DNA of 64,000 bases from Clostridium sp. CAG:967 (lineage in GTDB: Bacteria > Cyanobacteriota > Vampirovibrionia > Gastranaerophilales > Gastranaerophilaceae). Positions 46,883 to 54,612 of the stretch are shown piece after piece. Location of the stretch: NCBI GenBank assembly GCA_000433095.1, contig HF991463.1, forward strand, positions 17,022 through 81,021. Reading direction: 5' to 3'. How positions within the stretch are numbered: the stretch's first letter is position 1; each line of letters begins with the position of its first letter. A program made the position numbers and the translations under genes. The notes beneath the pieces were generated by a model. That model did not search any database and had not been told where the DNA came from. It saw nothing but the letters and a program-made list of their open reading frames with translations.

Positions 46883-49750
46883 ATGCAAAAAGAGCTTTTA
46901 AAGAATATATTTAATAAAATAAAAGAAAACTCCAATATTAATTTATCACTTATTCAACAAAATTCTTTGAAAATTAACCTTGAACGCCAGGTAGGTTATA
47001 TTTGTAAAGATAGGCATAGTGAATACAAAAAATATTGGCTGACTTTGGCATTTTCTGATGCTCAAAAATACCGTTTAAAAAAGACTGTAGATAATATAAC
47101 AGATAAATCATTAGTTTGGTCTAAATATTTTGAATTTATTATGCCTGTTTCATACGGTGAATGTGATAATGTCTATTATGTCTTATATCCTTTCCTAGAG
47201 AATACATCTAGAGGTCAATATGGTGATGTCAAGATTTATGAAGATATTTTATATGATATTTATGAAAAAGAATCTTATACTGTGAAACTTACTCCGGAAA
47301 AGATTAATGAAATTATGAATAGTATTGTAGAAGAAAGATGTCCTGATAATACTATAAGCCGGGAAAATTTCATTAATAGTGAAGCTTTTATTGAATATAG
47401 AGAACTTTTAAGCAGTTACGATGAGATAGAAATGGTTCGTTCTCATTGCGATTTTAAACCCCAAAACATAATAAATTGTCAAAATAAAAAATATTTAATA
47501 GGATTTGAATTCGGCGGAATTGATTTGCCGGTCGGATTTGATTTATTCTGCCTCAGACGTGGCACTGTTGAGAAAAATTATTCTGATGTTCCGTATAAAG
47601 AACTTCATGAGATATTTTGCAAATTCCATCATGTGGGAGATGGTGTATCATGGTTAAAATATTGCAATCCGATTGTAAAACTTGATAAGGGACGTCAATT
47701 TATTAAAATTCTTGAAAATGGAAAATTCACAACTATTGATATTAAGCAAAATTTTCCTATTTATAAACTCGATTTGTTAATTGATTTTCAAAATATAGAA
47801 ATTTCTTCAGCAGCTGTATTTAAGCTGGTTAAACTGATTTATAAAAAATATAATAATAACTATATAATAAGATTTCAAAATTGTCCTTTCTGGTTCGAAA
47901 GGCTTACACAGGATGAGGAAAACGTGCTTTCGTTTTCGGGTGTAATTAATAAAGACTATGAAGAACCTAAAAATTTTATTGATTATTTAAAATCTACACA
48001 GGCTTATGTAAATTATTCTAAAATTATGCCTTATGTTAAACCATACTGGTTTAGAGCACTGTTAGCAGTTCTCATTTGTATCCCTATAGGTTCTTTGGAT
48101 GCTGTAATTGCTTTATCTTTAAAACCTTATATGGATTTGGTTATGGTTGACAAATCAGTTCAATCGCCAATGTATATTCCTTTTGCAATTGTAGCTTTTA
48201 CATCTGTTCAGGGATTTTTAAATTATTTTGCGACTTATATGAACACCTGGGTTGGAACAAAAATTACAAACGACCTGAAGTTTGATTTGTATAAAAAAAT
48301 GCTTACCCTGGAAACAGCTTATTTTGATAAGAAGAAATCCGGAGATATTGTTTTTAGATTTAATAACGATGCAGATGCTGCCTGTGCAGGACTGTTAGAT
48401 AATTTAAAAACTTTTGTTTCAAGATTATTTTCTTCTCTTTCGCTTGTATGTGTATTATTTTATAATTCATGGCAGCTTGCATTGATTGCTGTATTTGTTC
48501 TTGGATGCGCATTTTTACCGTTGACCAAAATCCGTAAGAGAATTAAGGATGTTCTTGATAAATCTATTTCAATTACAGCCTCAATTATTACTTCGTATAA
48601 TGAAAGTTTTGCAGGAAACAAAACTATCGCTTCTTATAATCTTGATAAGATTCAGGAAACAAAATTTAAAAATATTTTAAATTCATTATTTTCTTTAAAA
48701 ATAAAACTTATTCAACGAACTTCATGGTTGTCACCTATGATGCACGTTATAGTATCTGTAGGTATCGGGATAGCTATAGCTTACGGAAGTCATTTAATTT
48801 TGACAAATCAAATTACAAGCGGTAATTTTGTTTCATTTATTACTGCTTTAATTATGTTGTATACTCCTATTAAAAATCTCGGCAATAACTTTAATGCTGT
48901 TCAATTTTCTTTCCTGGCTATTGAAAGAGTATTTAGTATACTTGAGTCAGAACCTAAGATTAAAGATAGTGAAAATGCCGTTGTATTAAATAATATTGGA
49001 ACAATAGAATTTAAAGACGTTAATTTTGAATATGTTAGAAATAAACCTGTGTTAAAAAATATAAATTTAAAAGTAACAGCAGGAGAAACTATTGCTCTGG
49101 TTGGGAACTCCGGAGGTGGAAAATCAACTATAGTAAGTCTTATTCCAAGATTTTATGATGTTGTATCAGGTGGAATATTAATTGACGGCATAGATATCAG
49201 AAATCTGACACTTAAATCTTTAAGACAAAATATTGCTATTGTTTTTCAGGACAATTTCTTGTTTTCCGGAACCATAAGAGATAATGTTATGCTGGGGAAT
49301 GAAAATGCGACTGAAAAGGATGTTGAGAAAGCCATTAAAATGGCATATCTCGATGATTTTATAGCAGGGTTGTCAAATGGTTTGGATACGCAAATAGGCG
49401 AACGTGGAATTCTTTTATCAGGCGGGCAAAAGCAAAGAGTTGCAATTGCACGTGCTTTTCTTAAGAATGCTCCAATTGTAATTTTAGATGAGGCAACTTC
49501 TGCTTTGGACAATAAAGCAGAGGCAATTGTTCAGAAGGCTATTGACAATTTAATGCAGGATAAAACAGTATTTGTAATCGCTCACAGACTTTCTACAATC
49601 CAGAATGCTGATAAAATTGTAGTTATTAATGAAGGTGAAATCGCTGAAACCGGAAACCATGAAGAACTTCTTAAGATTGATAACGGCGCATACAAAATGC
49701 TTTATGAAATGCAATTTAAAAAGCAGGCAGCAGAAGTATTAGCAAAGTAA
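46883..49750 (+). CDS. Fusion: APH/choline-kinase-like domain (N, ~370 aa) + MsbA/PglK-type ABC exporter (six-TM domain + NBD)
   Basis: HCDFKPQNII (HxDxxxxN) and LIGFEFGG in the N-domain; TM region; Walker A GNSGGGKST, signature LSGGQKQRVAIARAF, Walker B ILDEATSALD, H-loop AHRLST. Confidence 0.8.
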   Translation: MQKELLKNIFNKIKENSNINLSLIQQNSLKINLERQVGYICKDRHSEYKKYWLTLAFSDAQKYRLKKTVDNITDKSLVWSKYFEFIMPVSYGECDNVYYVLYPFLENTSRGQYGDVKIYEDILYDIYEKESYTVKLTPEKINEIMNSIVEERCPDNTISRENFINSEAFIEYRELLSSYDEIEMVRSHCDFKPQNIINCQNKKYLIGFEFGGIDLPVGFDLFCLRRGTVEKNYSDVPYKELHEIFCKFHHVGDGVSWLKYCNPIVKLDKGRQFIKILENGKFTTIDIKQNFPIYKLDLLIDFQNIEISSAAVFKLVKLIYKKYNNNYIIRFQNCPFWFERLTQDEENVLSFSGVINKDYEEPKNFIDYLKSTQAYVNYSKIMPYVKPYWFRALLAVLICIPIGSLDAVIALSLKPYMDLVMVDKSVQSPMYIPFAIVAFTSVQGFLNYFATYMNTWVGTKITNDLKFDLYKKMLTLETAYFDKKKSGDIVFRFNNDADAACAGLLDNLKTFVSRLFSSLSLVCVLFYNSWQLALIAVFVLGCAFLPLTKIRKRIKDVLDKSISITASIITSYNESFAGNKTIASYNLDKIQETKFKNILNSLFSLKIKLIQRTSWLSPMMHVIVSVGIGIAIAYGSHLILTNQITSGNFVSFITALIMLYTPIKNLGNNFNAVQFSFLAIERVFSILESEPKIKDSENAVVLNNIGTIEFKDVNFEYVRNKPVLKNINLKVTAGETIALVGNSGGGKSTIVSLIPRFYDVVSGGILIDGIDIRNLTLKSLRQNIAIVFQDNFLFSGTIRDNVMLGNENATEKDVEKAIKMAYLDDFIAGLSNGLDTQIGERGILLSGGQKQRVAIARAFLKNAPIVILDEATSALDNKAEAIVQKAIDNLMQDKTVFVIAHRLSTIQNADKIVVINEGEIAETGNHEELLKIDNGAYKMLYEMQFKKQAAEVLAK

Positions 49751-49771
49751 TGAAATAGGGGAGCTGACACA

Positions 49772-50957
49772 TTGGAAAATATTAAACAATCAATAAAAAT
49801 AAAAAATATTGAGTTTTTACGATTTATTTTTTCTATATTTATTGTATATTTTCATCTTGTTGCAGGTTATTTATATATAAAGTTAGGTGATTCCGTTGAG
49901 TTATATAATAAATTACATCACCACTGCAACGGGCAATTATGTGTAGAATACTTTTTTGTAATTGCAGGTTTCTTTTTAATTACAAAAACTAATTTTAATA
50001 CTGATATAATAGACTTTGCAAAGAAAAAAATTATTAGATTATGGCCTGTTCTGGCTTTTACGATATGTTTATACTGGCTTTTATCTTTATTTACTCCAAT
50101 AGAATTTTGCAAGTACTCTAATCTTCTTACTATTTTATTAATTGATAATATAGGAATAAATACGGCTTTTGGCAACATGATTTCAACATGGTTTGTATCT
50201 GCATTATTTTGGTGTACTCTTCTGTATTTTTATATATTAAAAAACGTGTCTTCAAAACATGTAAATTTTTTAATAGTATCGCTGGTAATTTTGGCATTAT
50301 CTGCAAAAATTCATTCAAACGGAATGTCTTCTAAAGATGTATTTGTTCTTAATAATATAGGTTTATTAAGAGGAATTTATTGTATTGGTTTGGGATATTT
50401 TATAGGTAAGATATTCCTGAAAACTCGGGGGGGGGGGGGTTTTTTTGCTTTTGATAATATTTGGAAAAATTGGGGGGCGGTTTTCAGCTTTAGACAATAT
50501 ATGGAAAAAATTAATATATACGGGTATAGAGGGTTATCTTTTGATAACGGTTGTTTACAATACTGTATGTTATAAGTCTAAATCGCCTGATATTTATTTG
50601 TTTTATCTCATTACTTTTTGTTTATTGTTCTGGCTTTTTGTTAATCAAAAAGGCTATTTGAGTAAGTTATTTAATCAAAATTTTTCTGTATTTTTAGGCA
50701 AATATTCTTATTCAATATTTATAATACATCCTGTTGTACTTAACCTTTTCAGAGAATATATATGGAAAATACATCCGAATTTTGTTATAAGTTACCCGAT
50801 AATTAATTTGTTTGTGCCGCTTGTTTGTTCTGTTTTGGCAGGAATTGTTGTTTATCATCTGGTAGAAAAACCTGCATATAATTACCTTAAATCAAAATGG
50901 TTTCCCGTTAAAACAAATGCTGATAATTTGAATAATATTATACTTTCTTCGCATTAA
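49772..50957 (+). CDS. Acyltransferase family 3 (OatA/OafA-like) membrane O-acyltransferase, split by a +1 frameshift at a G13/T7 tract (candidate phase-variable gene, currently OFF)
   Basis: N-terminal part 49772-50575 (NIEFLRFIFSIFIVYFHL, an acyltransferase_3 start); C-terminal part in the +1 frame 50445-50957 (YSIFIIHPVV..., ends AYNYLK); removing one G joins the frames. Confidence 0.7.
50427..50439. repeat. Homopolymeric G13 tract immediately followed by T7, inside the acyltransferase gene
   Basis: AAACTC GGGGGGGGGGGGG TTTTTTT GC. Confidence 0.9.
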
Positions 50958-51013
50958 AACCTACCCGTCATAGTAAATAATGTATTTGTTCACACTAACG
51001 AAAGGATGTTGCT

Positions 51014-51307
51014 ATGAAAAACGAAAAAGATAAGGAAACAATGAAAGAAAAAATGCATGATGCTGCCGATAAAGTAAAAGAGAAGGCGCATGCTATGAAA
51101 GAAGATATTAAAGAAGGTGCGGAAAAAGTAAAAGACAAAGCTCATGAACTAAAGGAAAACATTAAGGATAAGGCTCATGATGCTAAAGAAAAAATCGCAG
51201 AAAAAGCGGAAGATATAAAAGAAAAGCACCAGAAAGATAAAGAAGAAAAAGACGAGAAAAAAATCGCTAAAGATAAAGAAAAATTAATTAAAGACGAAGA
51301 AAAATAA
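51014..51307 (+). CDS. Lys/Glu-rich repetitive protein (LEA-like/CsbD-like stress protein?)
   Basis: 97 aa with ~11-residue repeats KxKAH(D/E)xKExI(K/A)(E/D); RBS AAAGGATG. Confidence 0.5.
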   Translation: MKNEKDKETMKEKMHDAADKVKEKAHAMKEDIKEGAEKVKDKAHELKENIKDKAHDAKEKIAEKAEDIKEKHQKDKEEKDEKKIAKDKEKLIKDEEK

Positions 51308-51313
51308 AACTTA

Positions 51314-51347
51314 AAAAAAAGAGGCTTTTAAAGCCTCTTTTTTATTC
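51314..51347. terminator. Bidirectional rho-independent terminator
   Basis: AAAAAAAAGAGGCTTTTAAAGCCTCTTTTTTATT. Confidence 0.8.
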
Positions 51348-51920
51348 TATTTCTTTATAACGTCTTAAAACAGTATCTTTTATATAAGAATCATCTGATT
51401 TTAAAGCATTTATTAAAACTTCATTATCAGGTTTTGCTCCTGCATTAACTAAAACTTCAACGATTTTAGGCTGTTTCTTTTTTATTGCATATACTAATGG
51501 TTTTGTGTAACCTGCTTCTTTATTAACATCAGCACCGTAAGCAATTAAAGTGCCAACAATTTTGACATCTTTATTTCTTATTGCCATAATTAGCGGAGTC
51601 AGTCCGCCTATTTCTTTGTTTGGATCTACATTGTTATCAAGAAGTAATTTGACAACTTCATCTTGCTTACTTGCAATAGCCATATAAATTGCAGGCGTTC
51701 CCATAAATGTAGAATCAGGGCTCATACCCGACTTCAAAAATAAGTTAACAAGCTGCACATTACCATTACTTATAGCCTGAAAAAAGTTCCAGGTGTTGTA
51801 TTTAATATTTTGTGCTTGAATTTGTGCAATATACAATTGGTGCATATCTGTTTCAGCATCAGCAAATGCTGCTGTTTGTAGGACCATAACCATGAACAAG
51901 CAAGCTAATAATTTTTTCAT
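51342..51920 (-). CDS. Secreted ankyrin-repeat protein
   Basis: Signal peptide MKKLLACLFMVMVLQTAAFA; at least three ankyrin repeats (GTPAIYMAIASKQDEVVKLLLDNNVDPN, GLTPLIMAIRNKDVKIVGTLIAYGADVN, TKPLVYAIKKKQPKIVEVLVNAGAKPD). Confidence 0.75.
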   Translation of the reverse strand: MKKLLACLFMVMVLQTAAFADAETDMHQLYIAQIQAQNIKYNTWNFFQAISNGNVQLVNLFLKSGMSPDSTFMGTPAIYMAIASKQDEVVKLLLDNNVDPNKEIGGLTPLIMAIRNKDVKIVGTLIAYGADVNKEAGYTKPLVYAIKKKQPKIVEVLVNAGAKPDNEVLINALKSDDSYIKDTVLRRYKEIE

Positions 51921-51947
51921 ATATTCTTCCTCCTAAAAGCTATCTTA

Positions 51948-53555
51948 TCATTTTTTTTCAATAATGGCAATGAGCTTTTGAGCTTTTTCAACAGCTTCTT
52001 TTTTTGAAAAAGTATAAGAATTCCTGTCAATAATTTTGCGCAGGCCTGAACGTAATACCCGTGCTGCCAGAATTCGGTTATTGAAAATTAAGATTACCCT
52101 GATTTTTTTGTCTTTCAAAGTCATTATTAAATCTTCAAGTGCAAATACTGCGGAAATATCCATACTTGTTATGCTGCTGCAATCTATAATTACGCATTCT
52201 TCGTGCATAACTTCATCTATTCTTGACATAATTTGTGATGCGGAGCCAAAGAATAAAACTCCGTCAATTTTTAGTATCATAATTTTGTTTTGTAAAATTT
52301 CATCAAAACAATCTTCGTTGCCAGAGCAATTCGGGAGTTTATCAATGTCAATTTGGAATTCTTTAGCTATATGCGATGCAAAAAGTATAGCAGACAATAC
52401 TATTCCGATACCTACGGCTGTAATCAAATCATAAAATACTGTTATAAAGAAAACAGCCAGCATAACGAATAAATCTGAACGGGGTGCGACCTTTAATACT
52501 TTCAAGAACTTATAATCTATTATGCTTATTCCGACTTTTACAAGGATACCTGCCAGAACAGCGAGAGGTATTTGTGATGCAACAGGTGCGAGAAAGAGTA
52601 TAACAAGCATTAAAAACACAGAATGTATTATCCCTGATAATCTTGTTTTACCGCCTGTTTTAATGTTTACAACGGTTCTCATTGTTGCTCCTGCACTTGC
52701 TACACCGCCGAACAGACCTGCCACAGCATTACCGATACCCTGTCCGATTAATTCTCTGTTTGGCTGATGCTTTGTTTTTGTTAAAGAATCTGCTACCAGA
52801 GAGGTTAACAGTGAATCTATAGAACCCAATACCGCAAGTGTTACAGCCATTGAAATTATGATTTTTAAATCTGCGAAATGAAAAGCAGGTAAAATAAATT
52901 TAGGAAAGCTGGCAGGAATTTCACCAATAGTTCCAACATTAAGCCCGAGCCCTGTAGAAATCATAGTTCCTGCAACAAGAGCTATTAAAGGAGGAGGAAC
53001 TTTAGAGGCAAGTTTTTTAGGGGTAAAAAACACTATTAAAAGTGAAATAATACCAAGTATTAAACTTGAATAATTAATAAAATCAAGGCTTTTTAAAACA
53101 TTTATAAATCCTCCGAACGGTGTTCCGTTATACTCCAGTCCCAAAAGAGGGTTAAGCTGCAAAAGTATTATAATTGCTCCAATACCGCTCATAAAGCCTG
53201 ATATAACAGGATAAGGAATAAAATTAACAAGTTTTCCGACCTTAAAACAGCCTAAAAGTATTTGAATAACCCCTGCAACAAATATGGTTGTAAATACAAT
53301 TGCTGTGTTATTCGGATTTAAAGCAACCATAGAAGCTAAAACAACAGCCATAGGACCTGTTGGACCTGTAATCTGGGTAGGTGTTCCTCCAAAAATTGCT
53401 GCGAGCAGACCGACTATAATTGCACCGTACATACCTGCTGTTGCGCCAAGTCCGCTTGCAACACCTAACGCTATTGCTAAAGGAAGGGCTATGACACCTG
53501 CGGTTATACCGCCCAATATGTCGCCTTTGGGGTTAGAAAGTATATTTGTTTTCAT
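51948..53555 (-). CDS. SulP-family anion transporter with C-terminal STAS domain
   Basis: 535 aa; many TM helices; conserved SulP motif region GITAGVIALPLAIALGVASG; C-terminal STAS (VIIDCSSITSMDISAVFALEDL). Confidence 0.9.
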   Translation of the reverse strand: MKTNILSNPKGDILGGITAGVIALPLAIALGVASGLGATAGMYGAIIVGLLAAIFGGTPTQITGPTGPMAVVLASMVALNPNNTAIVFTTIFVAGVIQILLGCFKVGKLVNFIPYPVISGFMSGIGAIIILLQLNPLLGLEYNGTPFGGFINVLKSLDFINYSSLILGIISLLIVFFTPKKLASKVPPPLIALVAGTMISTGLGLNVGTIGEIPASFPKFILPAFHFADLKIIISMAVTLAVLGSIDSLLTSLVADSLTKTKHQPNRELIGQGIGNAVAGLFGGVASAGATMRTVVNIKTGGKTRLSGIIHSVFLMLVILFLAPVASQIPLAVLAGILVKVGISIIDYKFLKVLKVAPRSDLFVMLAVFFITVFYDLITAVGIGIVLSAILFASHIAKEFQIDIDKLPNCSGNEDCFDEILQNKIMILKIDGVLFFGSASQIMSRIDEVMHEECVIIDCSSITSMDISAVFALEDLIMTLKDKKIRVILIFNNRILAARVLRSGLRKIIDRNSYTFSKKEAVEKAQKLIAIIEKK

Positions 53556-53623
53556 TAATTAAATCCCTATAATTATAATGCTTGTATATTATTTATAACA
53601 AAAGAATAAGGATTTAACAATAT

Positions 53624-54292
53624 TTAAACAAGCCCTTCTTTCAATGCTTTTACTGCTGCCTGTGTTCTGTCATCTACAACAAGTTTTTGGATAATATTAC
53701 ATACGTGTGCTTTTGCAGTGTGTTCGGAAATAGTTAATTTCTCGGCGATTTCATTGTTAGACATCCCGTCAACAACAAGCTTCAGCACTTCATATTCACG
53801 TTGTGTCAAATTTGCGTGCTGCTCTTTAAACATTGCACGTGACATTTGGCGTGGAGGAATAACACCGCAGTTTTTCTCTCTTAAAATGGGAACTACCTGC
53901 GGATCAAGCCACATTGCGCCTTCTTTGATTGTTTTAATAATCATTTTCAGGATTTCTGTATTTATGTCTTTCATTACATAAGCGCAGGCACCTGCGTGAA
54001 GTGCATCAAGTATTTCCTTTTCGCTCAGGTGTGAGGTAAGAATTATTACTTTTGCTTTGTCATTTATTTCTAGAATTCTTTTTGTTGCTTCAATCCCTGA
54101 GATATCAGGCAGACCGATATCCATTAAAACAACATCAGGATGATATTGGCGGAATTTTTCAACAGCTTCTTTTCCGCTCTGTGCCTCTGTTGCCACTTCA
54201 ATTTCGTTCTGATCTTCAAAAAGCGACTTCAGTCCTACACGCATAAGCTTTTGATCTTCTACTAATAACATTTTTATAGGTGTATCTGTCAT
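53624..54292 (-). CDS. NarL/FixJ-family two-component response regulator (REC + LuxR-type HTH)
   Basis: LLVEDQKLMRVGL...DVVLMDIGLPDISG (receiver Asp) and C-terminal LTQREYEVLKLVVDGMSNNEIAEKLTISEHTAKAHVCNIIQKL. Confidence 0.9.
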   Translation of the reverse strand: MTDTPIKMLLVEDQKLMRVGLKSLFEDQNEIEVATEAQSGKEAVEKFRQYHPDVVLMDIGLPDISGIEATKRILEINDKAKVIILTSHLSEKEILDALHAGACAYVMKDINTEILKMIIKTIKEGAMWLDPQVVPILREKNCGVIPPRQMSRAMFKEQHANLTQREYEVLKLVVDGMSNNEIAEKLTISEHTAKAHVCNIIQKLVVDDRTQAAVKALKEGLV

Positions 54293-54612
54293 ATTAACTC
54301 CTCAAAGTATATTTCCCGATATATAACTTATAAAGCTTTTTCTGTATCTTTTAATCCAGTAAGTGTGAAGTTTTGAGGGCTATATTATAAGGGTATGATT
54401 AAGAACTATTATTTGGATTTATATAGGAAGTGATATTTATTTTAATATCGCATTTCAAAAAATGAACATTATTTATATAAGCCTCGTATATATGTTTTAT
54501 GAAGAATTAACACATCAAATTAAAATTTAATAAAAACTTTATGTTTGGTCACTGGCAAAATAATTTATTTTGAGATATTATGTGAATGGTAAATATACAT
54601 AAGGTTTAAATT

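Noticed and set aside
49772-50575. Treating 49772-50575 and 50445-50957 as two separate genuine genes
   Set aside because: The first ends in about 45 codons of non-acyltransferase-like sequence after the G13 tract. The second has no RBS and starts inside the T7 run. Together they reconstitute one Acyl_transf_3 protein after a 1-nt change in the homopolymer, so they are annotated as one frameshifted (phase-variable) gene.
33888-51013. Genomic island integrated at tRNA-Arg, with att direct repeat
   Set aside because: I searched by eye for a repeat of the tRNA 3' end (GGTTCGAATCCCTCCACGCGTA or a 15-20 nt portion) at the distal end of the accessory region and near the terminators at 51314 and 57079. 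None was found, and there is no integrase or transposase ORF, so no mobile-element call is made.
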